A DNA stretch of 64,000 nt from Clostridia bacterium (lineage in GTDB: Bacteria > Bacillota > Clostridia > Oscillospirales > CAG-272), in assembly GCA_017501545.1 (NCBI GenBank), contig JAFVWS010000004.1, forward strand, positions 10,515 through 74,514. Reading direction: 5' to 3'. The notes under the pieces were generated by a model that was not told where the DNA came from, did no database searches, and worked only from the letters and a program-made list of their open reading frames with translations. Below, one piece after another: positions 29,623 through 39,437 of this stretch (position 1 is the stretch's first letter; every line of letters starts with the position of its first letter). Made by a program: the position numbers and the translations under genes.

Positions 29623-29640
29623 CCTGTGGCTGTTTGGCTA

Positions 29641-30477
29641 TTATTTGTTATTTTTTCTATACTCTTGAGGAGAGAGTCCCATATGCTTTTTAAATATTTT
29701 GCTAAAAAAGTACGGGTCATTATATCCGGACGACGCACCAACCGCACTAATTTCCATATCAGTGGTCAAGAGTAAGTCGCAGGCCCTGCCAAGCCTTAAA
29801 TCAAGAATATATTCACTTGGCGTTTTTCCCATCTCCTTTGAAAACAGTGTTATGTATCTTGAATTGCTAAGCCCCTCTAACTGTGCAAGATAAGGAATCT
29901 TTATTTTTTCGGTGTAGTTTGCGTGAATATATTTAATAGAATTTTTAAATGTGCGATAGCCACTATTTCTTACACGCTCAACAGCTATTGTAAGCAAAAT
30001 TTCTTCCAAAAGACAAGCTAATGAATATTGCAAGAAAGGGGCTTTTGTTATATCCTTTTCAACCATTTTGTCAAATAATGATTTTATTTTAGGAGAAAAA
30101 TCACCTTCTAATATATATGGCTCTAAAGGAAATTCTAAATCGGTTAGAATTTTTTTCGCGTGCGAGCCGGTAAAATGCACGCATAAATATTTTGAGGGTG
30201 GCTCTCCCCAATAGTGATATTTATACTTAGGTGGGTATAAAACGACGGCACCCTTGTTCAAATTAAAAACAGTATCATTTATTTTTGTATTAAAAACACC
30301 ATCCGTGACATAGATTAAAAAATAATCATCTCGCCCGATGCTGTTATACGTATCATACGCAAATGGTTCAAGATTTGTAAAGCAGTCATTAACAAGGTTG
30401 ACAACAAGTGGCGCATCATGTGACATTTTGCTTTTTGCATTTAATAATTCACTGTTTCTATAATAGTGTAGCTTCAT
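29641..30477 (-). CDS. AraC-family regulator (copy 2, paralog of 24967..25800)
   Basis: Long identical stretches (GRDDYFLIYVTDG, WGEPPSKYLC, APFLQYSLACLLEEILLTIA, SIKYIHANYTEKI). Confidence 0.93.
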   Translation of the reverse strand: MKLHYYRNSELLNAKSKMSHDAPLVVNLVNDCFTNLEPFAYDTYNSIGRDDYFLIYVTDGVFNTKINDTVFNLNKGAVVLYPPKYKYHYWGEPPSKYLCVHFTGSHAKKILTDLEFPLEPYILEGDFSPKIKSLFDKMVEKDITKAPFLQYSLACLLEEILLTIAVERVRNSGYRTFKNSIKYIHANYTEKIKIPYLAQLEGLSNSRYITLFSKEMGKTPSEYILDLRLGRACDLLLTTDMEISAVGASSGYNDPYFFSKIFKKHMGLSPQEYRKNNK

Positions 30478-30509
30478 TTTCCAGCTCCTCTATTTGAATT
30501 TGTAATAAA

Positions 30510-30586
30510 ATAATACAAACACTCGATAAAATAATCTATTTACAACTTCTTATAAATATTATAGAATAAAAGTGCAGAGTTGTCAA
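30510..30586. promoter_or_regulatory. Overlapping divergent promoters with AraC-type direct repeat (cassette 2)
   Basis: ATAATAC(30510)/ATAATCT(30531), 21-bp period; + TTTACA(30539)-17-TAGAAT(30562); - TTGACA(30586)-17-TATAAT(30563). Confidence 0.65.
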
Positions 30587-30650
30587 TATTGTTGATTGCT
30601 TTAAAAACGATATTGATAAAAAACAACAAATTAATTTTAGGAGAATAGCA

Positions 30651-32414
30651 ATGAAAAGAAAGCTTATTTTGTCCGTGCTTGTGGCTACTGTAGTTATGTG
30701 CCTTTTTGCCATTACTATAAGTGCAACAGCAATTGATACGGACACAACTGTGACTTTAAATGGTAGCTTTACAATGGTGGCAGAGGGTAGCGTTACAAAC
30801 CCTACAGTAAATCTTTATGATGAGGACGGCTATGCACTCGTTTGGTATCTTAATACCGATAATATGCTCGTTAGCGACAGGGCGGTAAATCTTATTACTG
30901 TAACAAATAACAAGGCTAAGTTTAACGACGTGTCTAAGTTTTATGGTGGCTCACAGCAAAAGGGCGTTATTGTAGTTAACCTAAGAGATGATTTTGTTTC
31001 TGATGGTCTATCAACAATTGAGAAATTTGATTCAAATTTCCAATTCGGTTATTATGGCGCTAATAGGAATGTTCCAATTCAGTATTTTTATTTCCCAAAA
31101 ACAGCAACTGAAATTATTGATAGAATGTTCCAAAATACTCAGCTAATTATTGCAGATATTGAGCCAGGCACACCTATTACACGTATGGGTGTTCACGCAG
31201 TTGCACAGTCAAACCTAAAGGAGTTTTTCGTTCCTAACGATATTACAGCATTTGTAGAGCATGACGACGTTGGCGTTTTCCAAGATACAAAGCTTGAAAA
31301 AATCACCTTCGAGGAAGGCTCACAAATAACGGTTATTCCATATAGATGCTTTTATAACTGTAACAATCTAAAGGAGCTTGTTTTGCCAAACTCCGTTGAA
31401 GAAATACACTATAGGGCAATTCAGCTTACCCTATTTGATTCAAATGCTAAGCTTGAAAAGCTTGTTTTGGGTGCTAACTTTAAGGGCTTTTATGGTACAA
31501 CTGGCGATAACTTCTATGTAAGAGGTGCAAAAAACGTAAAGGTATATCTCCCTGCAACCTTTAATGCAGATAACGTTGATGTATCAACGGCGCATCAAAC
31601 CTTTACCCTTTGCCCGGATGCAACCTTTTATTATTGTGGCACAGAGGAAGCGTGGGATGCTCTTGTTGCAAAGATTTCAGAGGGTAAAAACGGCGCAACA
31701 GGCACTGACTCTGGCGAAAATATCATAACTGCAAAAGCAAACGGCAAGGTTGTATTTAATTATAATCCTTGTGATGCCTTTTATAATGGTGAGCACACGA
31801 AGGACCAAGAAAAGTCAAATGCTTGCGTTGAAATTTGCGCAAGATGTGGAAATATGACAATTAATCATAGCAATGAAGCAGAGCTTTCAACCTCTATATC
31901 ATATGAAAGCTTTTTGGCAAATGGAGAAAAAATAACCAAATGCTTAAACGAGGGATGCTCATTAAATACAAATCCTACAGTTGAAACCTTAGCTCCACTC
32001 TTTACCTGCCTTGGCTACTCATTTGCGGAAAACGGTAATGACGGAATTTCAATTGGCTTCTATTCAGATGATGAGGCAATTAAAAATTACGAAACGCTTA
32101 CAGGCGACAAGGTTTCATATGGTGTATTCGCAGGCACAAAGGCTGGTCTTGGTGCAAATGACGTAATAGGCGAGGACGGCAAGGCTGTTGCTGGTGCAAT
32201 AACAGCAGGCTTTGATGGCAGTGAATATTCATATATGTTTATTAAAATGTTCGGCTTCAATGAAGATAACAAGGATACACTCTTTGCAATCGGCGCTTAC
32301 GTTGAGGTATCAAGTGAGGAAGGAAAGAGCTATTCTTACTTACAAGAGGAAGCTCCAGCCGAGGGCGCAAAATATTCGTTTATCAAATATAGTGACTTTA
32401 TAAAAACAGCTTAA
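30651..32414 (+). CDS. Secreted BspA-LRR surface protein with conserved C-terminal module
   Basis: Signal peptide ending ISA; LRR units (CFYNCNNLKELVLPNSVEEI); same C-terminal module as 25973..29245. Confidence 0.85.
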   Translation: MKRKLILSVLVATVVMCLFAITISATAIDTDTTVTLNGSFTMVAEGSVTNPTVNLYDEDGYALVWYLNTDNMLVSDRAVNLITVTNNKAKFNDVSKFYGGSQQKGVIVVNLRDDFVSDGLSTIEKFDSNFQFGYYGANRNVPIQYFYFPKTATEIIDRMFQNTQLIIADIEPGTPITRMGVHAVAQSNLKEFFVPNDITAFVEHDDVGVFQDTKLEKITFEEGSQITVIPYRCFYNCNNLKELVLPNSVEEIHYRAIQLTLFDSNAKLEKLVLGANFKGFYGTTGDNFYVRGAKNVKVYLPATFNADNVDVSTAHQTFTLCPDATFYYCGTEEAWDALVAKISEGKNGATGTDSGENIITAKANGKVVFNYNPCDAFYNGEHTKDQEKSNACVEICARCGNMTINHSNEAELSTSISYESFLANGEKITKCLNEGCSLNTNPTVETLAPLFTCLGYSFAENGNDGISIGFYSDDEAIKNYETLTGDKVSYGVFAGTKAGLGANDVIGEDGKAVAGAITAGFDGSEYSYMFIKMFGFNEDNKDTLFAIGAYVEVSSEEGKSYSYLQEEAPAEGAKYSFIKYSDFIKTA

Positions 32415-32417
32415 TAT

Positions 32418-32447
32418 AAAAAGGTAGGACGCGTGTCCTACCTTTTC
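32418..32447 (+). terminator. Intrinsic terminator
   Basis: AAAAGGTAGGAC-GCGT-GTCCTACCTTTT. Confidence 0.8.
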
Positions 32448-32513
32448 TATTGATTTTATAATTAATAAGTGGTATAATTTTTTTAAAGTATTAGCCGAGA
32501 AAAGAGGAAAGCT

Positions 32514-34646
32514 ATGTTTGAAAATGCGAGCTGGATTGTGCATCCGGAAAATAAATTATATGAGCCAGTGTGCTTTTTAAAGGAATTTAGCCCAAAAAAG
32601 CAGATAAAAAAGGCGACCTTAAATATAACCTCGCTCGGCTGTTATTACCCAAGCTTAAATGGTGAAAGGGTTGGCAGCTTTATCTTAGCCCCAGGCTTTA
32701 CCTCACGTAAAAGGGTACAATATCAATCATATGACGTAACCAAAATGATAAGGGACGAAAACAAGCTTGAAATTTTAGTGGGTGATGGCTGGTATAATGG
32801 AAAAATAAATTTTGTAGTTGCAAACAACGTGCCAAAATCACTTATTTGTCAGCTTGATATTATCTATACCGACAAAACAAAGGAAACTATAGTATCAGAT
32901 GGTAGCTGGCAAGCCACCAAGGACAAATTGCGCTTTGCCGAGCTATATGATGGCGAAATATACGATGCACTTTATAAGGACACACCAACTTGCGCACGTG
33001 TCCTTGACCACGACAAAAAAATAATAGTAAAGCAACAAGGCGTAAATGTAATTGAACAAGAAATATTAGATCCTGTGTCTATTTTTAAAGCGCCAAATGG
33101 CGACACCATTGTCGATTTCGGACAAAACCTAACAGGCTATTTTGAGTTTACAGTCAATGCCAAAGAGGGCGACAAGGTAGAATTTACAGTTTGCGAGGAG
33201 CTTGATAAGGAAGGCAACTTTTATAACGAGAACTATCGTGATGCCAAGGCAAGATTTGAATATATTTGCAAAAATGGGGAAAACACCTACAAGCCACGCC
33301 TTGCATTCTGGGGCTTTAGATATATTCGCGTAGATAGCTTTCCGTGCGAGATAAAGCAAGAAAACATAAAAGCAATAGTTGTCCACTCGGACATTAGGCG
33401 CACAGGCTATCTTGACAGCTCAAGTGACCTACTTAATAAGCTGTTTTCAAATGTTATTTGGGGACAAAAGGGCAATTTCCTTGACGTGCCAACCGACTGT
33501 CCACAAAGGGACGAAAGGCAGGGCTGGACAGGCGATGCAACCGTCTTTTGTAAAACAGCCACCTATAACTACGACGTTGAAATCTTCTTTGAAAAATGGC
33601 TAACAGATTTAAAGCTTGACCAAGGAAAGAAGGGTAACATACCAAACATAATTCCACAAACCGTATGCTGGGACTGGTCAACTACGGAAAACACAGGTGC
33701 TGTTTGGGGTGATAGCGCAACTATAATCCCATACCAAATTTATAAAATGTATGGAAACGTAAAAATACTTAAAAAGCTATATGCCACAATGCAAAGATAC
33801 CTACGCTACATAGGTGCAAGCACCAAAAAAAGATACCTTTGGTATGGGTGTGAGCAGTTTGGTGACTGGCTTGGGCTTGATGCACCAAGTGGCAGCTATC
33901 GTGGCTCCTCAAACGAGGATTTCATTGCCTCAGTATTTTACTATAATTCCGTGAAAATTGTCGCAGACGTGTCTGAAATTTTAGGCAAGGACAGGGCAAA
34001 ATACGACACGTTAGCCACTAAAATCCTTGAAAAGATAAGAAAAACCTTTAAGGAGTATAAAACTCAAACCGAGTGCACTCTCGCCTTGTATTTTAATATC
34101 ACCGAGGACAAAAAAGCAGTAGCTAAGCACTTAAATGATATGATAAAGGCAAACGGCACCAAGCTACAAACTGGCTTTGTTGGCACACCGTTTTTACTAC
34201 ACGCGCTTTCACAAAATGGCTACACCGAAACAGCGTATGATTTATTGCTCAGCGAACAGTTCCCATCTTGGCTATATTCAGTTAAGCAGGGGGCAACCAC
34301 CATTTGGGAGCACTGGGATGGCAAAAACGAAAAGGGTGAGTTTTGGTCAAAGAATATGAACTCGTTTAACCACTATGCCTATGGCTCAGTTGCTGACTGG
34401 GTATACGAGGAGGCGTGTGGCATTAAGCCAAAGACCCCAGCCTTTGGCGAGGTAATAATCGCACCGAAGCCAACTGACAAGCTTGACTATCTAAGCGCCA
34501 CCGTTTATACTCGTGGGGGCAAAATTTTCTCAAAGTGGTACCATCAAAATGGTAAAATCAAATATGAGATTGAAACTCCCGTCAAATCAACGATTGTAAT
34601 TGACGGTAAGGAATATTCAGTAGGAAAGGGTAAGTATCATTTTTAA
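32514..34646 (+). CDS. Alpha-L-rhamnosidase, GH78
   Basis: DFGQNLTG, PTDCPQRDERQGWTGD, FGDWLGLD, GATTIWEHW, MNSFNHYAYG. Confidence 0.95.
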   Translation: MFENASWIVHPENKLYEPVCFLKEFSPKKQIKKATLNITSLGCYYPSLNGERVGSFILAPGFTSRKRVQYQSYDVTKMIRDENKLEILVGDGWYNGKINFVVANNVPKSLICQLDIIYTDKTKETIVSDGSWQATKDKLRFAELYDGEIYDALYKDTPTCARVLDHDKKIIVKQQGVNVIEQEILDPVSIFKAPNGDTIVDFGQNLTGYFEFTVNAKEGDKVEFTVCEELDKEGNFYNENYRDAKARFEYICKNGENTYKPRLAFWGFRYIRVDSFPCEIKQENIKAIVVHSDIRRTGYLDSSSDLLNKLFSNVIWGQKGNFLDVPTDCPQRDERQGWTGDATVFCKTATYNYDVEIFFEKWLTDLKLDQGKKGNIPNIIPQTVCWDWSTTENTGAVWGDSATIIPYQIYKMYGNVKILKKLYATMQRYLRYIGASTKKRYLWYGCEQFGDWLGLDAPSGSYRGSSNEDFIASVFYYNSVKIVADVSEILGKDRAKYDTLATKILEKIRKTFKEYKTQTECTLALYFNITEDKKAVAKHLNDMIKANGTKLQTGFVGTPFLLHALSQNGYTETAYDLLLSEQFPSWLYSVKQGATTIWEHWDGKNEKGEFWSKNMNSFNHYAYGSVADWVYEEACGIKPKTPAFGEVIIAPKPTDKLDYLSATVYTRGGKIFSKWYHQNGKIKYEIETPVKSTIVIDGKEYSVGKGKYHF

Positions 34647-34724
34647 TTTAATAGTTGTAAATGTTATTTCTTTATGCTATAATGATATAAATATAATCAT
34701 CAATCTGAATTCAAGGAGGATTTT

Positions 34725-36719
34725 ATGAAGAGAAAACTACTATTAGCTTTTGCAATTTCAGCCCTATTAATGCTCGTCTTTGCAATTTCAATTTTTGCCG
34801 CAGAAATTCCTGAGTGGACGGAAATTACCGAGGTTGATGGTATGCCAGATAAGAGCCTATTTGGCACTGATGGAACAAAGGGCGCAACCTCACGCGTTTT
34901 AATGTCCGATGGCATAACATACCCTGCATATTATATTTGCAAAAACTCTACCTCTTTAGGCTTTAGTTATTCTGATTTATCTTCTAAATCAGGAAAAACC
35001 TATGCTGCAAAAGACGTAGTAAGGCTTGAGGTGCCAAACGGCGTAATTTCAACTCCATCAACTGCATTAAAAACGGAAAACGGATACACATCACTTTTAA
35101 CCGTTTCATTACCTGAGGGCTTTACTACACTGGGTGAGTATACGTTTAAGGGAACAGATTCCGTGCCATCAGCACTTGTATCAGTTAGTTTGCCAAGCAC
35201 CTTGAAAACCATAGGACAATATGCTTTTGTTCGCTGTGCTGCTCTTGAGGAATTAGTTATTCCTGAAGGTGTAACCTCTATCCCGAAGGAAATGGCAAGC
35301 TACACCTCGTCACTGAAAAAAGTGGTGCTCCCTTCAACAATTACATCAATTGGAGAGCTTGCATTTAGAACATCAAATCTTTCAGAGGGAATTGTAATTC
35401 CTGAGGGATGTACAACACTTTCAAATTATGCCTTCAAGGAATCAGGCATAACAACTATTTATCTTCCTTCTACTCTTGAAACAGTAGGAAATGATATATG
35501 CTACGGATGCAAATCTATTACAACAGTTGATTCTAAATCTCCTATAATTGGATATCGTATGTTCTATGATTGTGACTCGCTCACCAGCATTACTCTTGAA
35601 AACACAATTGAGATTAGAGAACAGGGCTTCAACAATCCTAACGGTGGAATACTTAACATAACCGAGCTTGTTTTGCCAGAGGGCTTAACAACAATAGGAA
35701 ACTATGCATTTACCAGAGCTAAAATAACTGAGCTTGTTTTACCTTCAACTCTTACTAACATAGGTAAGTATGTATTTCAGGCAAGTACAACTCTACAAAA
35801 GATAGTAGTGCTTGGTTCTGTTTTGGGCGAAGGTATGTTTATGAACTGCTCAGCAGTAAATGAGTTAGTATTAACGGAAAACTTTGTAACACTAAGTAAA
35901 GATGCTTTATCAAACGTATCTCAAACCTCGTTTTTAACCTACTATACAGGTACGGATATTGATAGAATTAAGACAGTTTGCTCTAGCACAACTCGTGTTT
36001 CACAAGCTAAATTCTACACCTATGAAGATTATACAAATGACAATTACACATATAACAAGTTTATGGTAATTTACGACTGCAACCTTTGCGATGTTGCATT
36101 TGACGGTATCCACACAAACCCGGGTGACGATGGCGATTGCACAACGGCTCTTATTTGCTCAATGTGCAATGAATATACGATAAGAGAGGCACTTTCACAT
36201 ATAAGCAGTGAAAGACTTACCTATACAAGCTTTATGAAAGAGGGCGAATACTACGTTGGCTGTACTAACGAGGGCTGTGAGCATGGATCGGCTGAAAAGC
36301 TTGAGGCACTCTTTACATGCCTTGGCTACTCAACGCCTGAATATGAAGGCGGTGCAGTTGCACTTGGGTATTTTGTGAACCATAAAGCGATTGAAAGATA
36401 TGAGGAGCTATCAGGAAATACCGTTAAATATGGCTTATATGCAGCCATTAAGGATACTCTTGGTGACAATGACATTATAGATTCAAAGGGTAACGCTTCA
36501 GCTGGTGCAATAAAGGCAGGCTTTGAAAATAGCGCATACTCAAATCTATTCATTAAAATGTTCGGCTTTGGCGACAAAAAGGATGCAGAGTTTACTATCG
36601 GTGCATACGTTGAAATAGTAAATGACGGTGCAAGCGAGTATAGTTATCTCCAAATTGGCGAGCCAAAAGAGGGCGAAAAATACGCATTTATTAAATACAG
36701 TAATTTCGTTTCGCAGTAA
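34725..36719 (+). CDS. Secreted BspA-LRR surface protein with conserved C-terminal module
   Basis: Signal peptide ending IFA; many LPSTL..IG..AF repeats; LFTCLGYS...FIKMFGF...IGAYV...YSNF C-terminus. Confidence 0.87.
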   Translation: MKRKLLLAFAISALLMLVFAISIFAAEIPEWTEITEVDGMPDKSLFGTDGTKGATSRVLMSDGITYPAYYICKNSTSLGFSYSDLSSKSGKTYAAKDVVRLEVPNGVISTPSTALKTENGYTSLLTVSLPEGFTTLGEYTFKGTDSVPSALVSVSLPSTLKTIGQYAFVRCAALEELVIPEGVTSIPKEMASYTSSLKKVVLPSTITSIGELAFRTSNLSEGIVIPEGCTTLSNYAFKESGITTIYLPSTLETVGNDICYGCKSITTVDSKSPIIGYRMFYDCDSLTSITLENTIEIREQGFNNPNGGILNITELVLPEGLTTIGNYAFTRAKITELVLPSTLTNIGKYVFQASTTLQKIVVLGSVLGEGMFMNCSAVNELVLTENFVTLSKDALSNVSQTSFLTYYTGTDIDRIKTVCSSTTRVSQAKFYTYEDYTNDNYTYNKFMVIYDCNLCDVAFDGIHTNPGDDGDCTTALICSMCNEYTIREALSHISSERLTYTSFMKEGEYYVGCTNEGCEHGSAEKLEALFTCLGYSTPEYEGGAVALGYFVNHKAIERYEELSGNTVKYGLYAAIKDTLGDNDIIDSKGNASAGAIKAGFENSAYSNLFIKMFGFGDKKDAEFTIGAYVEIVNDGASEYSYLQIGEPKEGEKYAFIKYSNFVSQ

Positions 36720-36722
36720 TAT

Positions 36723-36750
36723 AAAGCCACCCAAATCGGGTGGCTTTTTT
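36723..36750 (+). terminator. Intrinsic terminator
   Basis: AAAGCCACCC-AAATC-GGGTGGCTTTTTT. Confidence 0.8.
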
Positions 36751-36870
36751 GCATAAAAATTGAAAATGTGAATAAAAACGTGAATATATTCACAAAAAAG
36801 TGAATAAAAATCAAAAACCAGAAAAAATATTCACAAAAAGGTTGACAAGTATAAAATATAAGTATATAAT
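36748..36870 (+). promoter_or_regulatory. sigmaA promoter preceded by ARG-box-like sites
   Basis: TGCATAAAAAT, TGAATAAAAAC, TGAATATATTCA, TGAATAAAAATCA; TTGACA(36842)-17-TATAAT(36865). Confidence 0.55.
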
Positions 36871-36911
36871 TATAAAACAAAAATTAATTTATCTTTAAAG
36901 GAGAAAAGAAA

Positions 36912-37790
36912 ATGAAAAAGATTATTTCACTTAGCTTAGTAGCAGTAATGCTTGTTGCTCTTGTTTTCTGCTTCGCTTCATGTGGCAAGGACAAGGAATA
37001 CGTTGCTGTTGATGCATCAGACCTTCTTAAGGAGGATTTTGGTATCGCAATAAAGAAGGGCGACACAGCAATGAAAACCGCAGTTGACGAGGTTGTTAAC
37101 GAGTGGGTTGCCAACGGCACAATGCAAAAGTATCTTGATTACTACACAGACCTTGCTGACTATGAGGCAGGCGCAAAGGACACAGCACCAGAGGCAGGCG
37201 ATCTTAAGACAAGCTGGAACTTTGGTTCAAACGGCAAAATCACAGTTTACACAGAGTCAGGCTTTGCACCATTCGAATTTTTGAGTGGTGATGACATTAT
37301 CGGCGTTGACATTGCTATTATGAGCGAGGTTGCTGAGCGTCAAGGTAAGACAATTGAAGTTAAGGACGTTTTGTTTGACACAATTCCTACATGCGTTCAA
37401 ACTTCAACAGGTGATGCAGTTGGTGCAGCAGGCCTTACAATCAACGAAGAAAGACTTGCAGCAGTAGATTTCTCAGCTGTATATTACAGCTCAACACTTG
37501 TTATTGTTTCTCTAAAGGACAATAGCTATGATAGCCTTGCAGACCTTAAGGGACTTAAGGTTGGCGTACAAGAGGGTACAAGTGGCGACCTTATCGCAAC
37601 TGATGCAAAGGCAGACGGACACAAGTATGTAAATGAAGATGGCCAAGAGGTTACAATTAAGGTTGAAATTGCTGAAATCAGCAGATATAAGCAATATTCA
37701 CTCGCTTTCGCAGACCTCAAAAACGGTAGAATTGACGCTATCGTAATGGATAAGCTTCCTGCACTTACAATGCTTAACCTAATTGGCTAA
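36912..37790 (+). CDS. Polar amino-acid ABC substrate-binding lipoprotein (SBP_bac_3), circularly permuted
   Basis: Lipobox FASC; VYTESGFAPFEF, GVDIAI, TINEER...VDFS..YY, VGVQEGTSG, GRIDAIVMD; the usual C-terminal E.FGIA.KKG...NGT segment sits at the N-terminus. Confidence 0.88.
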   Translation: MKKIISLSLVAVMLVALVFCFASCGKDKEYVAVDASDLLKEDFGIAIKKGDTAMKTAVDEVVNEWVANGTMQKYLDYYTDLADYEAGAKDTAPEAGDLKTSWNFGSNGKITVYTESGFAPFEFLSGDDIIGVDIAIMSEVAERQGKTIEVKDVLFDTIPTCVQTSTGDAVGAAGLTINEERLAAVDFSAVYYSSTLVIVSLKDNSYDSLADLKGLKVGVQEGTSGDLIATDAKADGHKYVNEDGQEVTIKVEIAEISRYKQYSLAFADLKNGRIDAIVMDKLPALTMLNLIG

Positions 37791-37854
37791 TAAATGGTTT
37801 AATTCTTAACTGAGGGGCTTTTGCTCCTCAGTTATTTAACGAAAAGGAAAAAAT

Positions 37855-38556
37855 ATGTTAGATTTTATAGAAAGCTTTTCCAAGGCGTTTTTTGTACAAG
37901 GCAGATGGAAGCTTTACCTTGAGGGCTTAGGTAATACAATTATCATAGCGACAATAGCTGCAATTATCGGCGTAATCGTCGGCGTTATATTTGCTATGAT
38001 AAACTACCTAAAAAAGAAGACGGGTAAGCTAAAATTCTTGTCTGCGATTGTAAACATCTATATTACAATAGTGCGTGGAACACCAGTTGTACTACAGCTT
38101 ATGATTTTATATTTCGTTGTTTTCGCATCGTGGGACAACGGAATTATGATAGGCGCTATAACCTTTGGTATTAACTCAAGCGCGTACGTTGCTGAAATTA
38201 TTAGAGCGGGCTTTGAAAGCGTTGACGACGGCCAAAGAGAGGCAGGACGCAGTCTTGGTCTTTCTACATGGCAAACAATGCGTAAAATCATCATTCCACA
38301 GGCGCTAAAAAACTCATTGCCACCTTTGTTCAACGAGTTTATCACGCTTATTAAGGAAACTGCTATTGTTGGTTACGTTGGGATTATGGACCTTGGCAAG
38401 GTGCCTGGTATGATTCAATCAAGAACCTTTGAATATTTGCCACCACTTATAATCTCGGCAGTAATTTATCTTGGACTCGTTATGCTACTTACCTTGGCTT
38501 TACGGCAAATCGAGAAGGCACTTTCAAAAAGCGACAGAAACGGAGGTAAAAAGTGA
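37855..38556 (+). CDS. Polar amino-acid ABC permease (HisM/GlnP type)
   Basis: [49 protein letters not shown]. Confidence 0.95.
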   Translation: MLDFIESFSKAFFVQGRWKLYLEGLGNTIIIATIAAIIGVIVGVIFAMINYLKKKTGKLKFLSAIVNIYITIVRGTPVVLQLMILYFVVFASWDNGIMIGAITFGINSSAYVAEIIRAGFESVDDGQREAGRSLGLSTWQTMRKIIIPQALKNSLPPLFNEFITLIKETAIVGYVGIMDLGKVPGMIQSRTFEYLPPLIISAVIYLGLVMLLTLALRQIEKALSKSDRNGGKK

Positions 38557-39437
38557 TGGATAATGTTATTATGCAAGAAAAACCAATACTTTCCGTAAGA
38601 AACCTTCAAAAGAAATTTGGTCAAAACGAAGTTTTGAAGAATATATCAACCGATATATACAAGGGCGAAAAGGTCGTTATTGTTGGTGCATCTGGCTCTG
38701 GAAAAAGTACGTTCTTAAGATGCCTAAACTGCCTTGAGGATCCAACTGGTGGACAAATTATATTTGACGACGTTGATATTGCTGATCGTCGTGTTAACAT
38801 CAACGTTCATCGCCAAAATATGGGTATGGTGTTCCAACAGTTTAATTTATTCAATAATAAAACTGTGCTCGAAAACATTATGCTTGCACCTTACTTAATT
38901 CACGGCAAAAAATTCAAGAAGGAAAGAAAATCACAAAATAAGGCTGACAAAAAGCTTCTAAAAGAGGCACGTGAGGCTGGAAACCTTGAAAAATACCAAA
39001 GCATCCTTGAAAGAATTAGCCAAAGAAATCGTGTAAGCTATAGACAAATTTGCAAGGAAAAGGCAATGGAGCTTCTTCGCCGTATCGGTCTTGAGGATAA
39101 GGCAAAGGCATACCCTTCAACCTTGTCAGGTGGACAAAAGCAAAGAGTCGCTATAGTTAGGGCGCTTGCAATGAATCCAAAGGTAATGCTTTTTGACGAG
39201 CCAACATCAGCACTCGACCCAGAAATGGTAGGCGAGGTATTAAACCTTATTAAAGAGGTTGCCGATGAAGGAATGACAATGGTTATTGTTACCCACGAAA
39301 TGGGCTTTGCACGCGAGGTTGGCACACGCGTTATATTTATGGACGAGGGAGTTATCGCAGAGCAGGGCACTCCAAGCGAGGTGTTTGATACACCTAAAAA
39401 TCCAAGAACAAAGCAGTTCTTAAATGCAGTATTATAA
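38553..39437 (+). CDS. Polar amino-acid ABC ATPase (GlnQ type) with Lys/Arg-rich insertion
   Basis: [39 protein letters not shown]. Confidence 0.95.
   Translation: MMDNVIMQEKPILSVRNLQKKFGQNEVLKNISTDIYKGEKVVIVGASGSGKSTFLRCLNCLEDPTGGQIIFDDVDIADRRVNINVHRQNMGMVFQQFNLFNNKTVLENIMLAPYLIHGKKFKKERKSQNKADKKLLKEAREAGNLEKYQSILERISQRNRVSYRQICKEKAMELLRRIGLEDKAKAYPSTLSGGQKQRVAIVRALAMNPKVMLFDEPTSALDPEMVGEVLNLIKEVADEGMTMVIVTHEMGFAREVGTRVIFMDEGVIAEQGTPSEVFDTPKNPRTKQFLNAVL

Noticed and set aside
28961-32302. Diversity-generating retroelement TR/VR pair
   Set aside because: Mismatches include C/T, both copies lie in intact genes, and no reverse transcriptase is present
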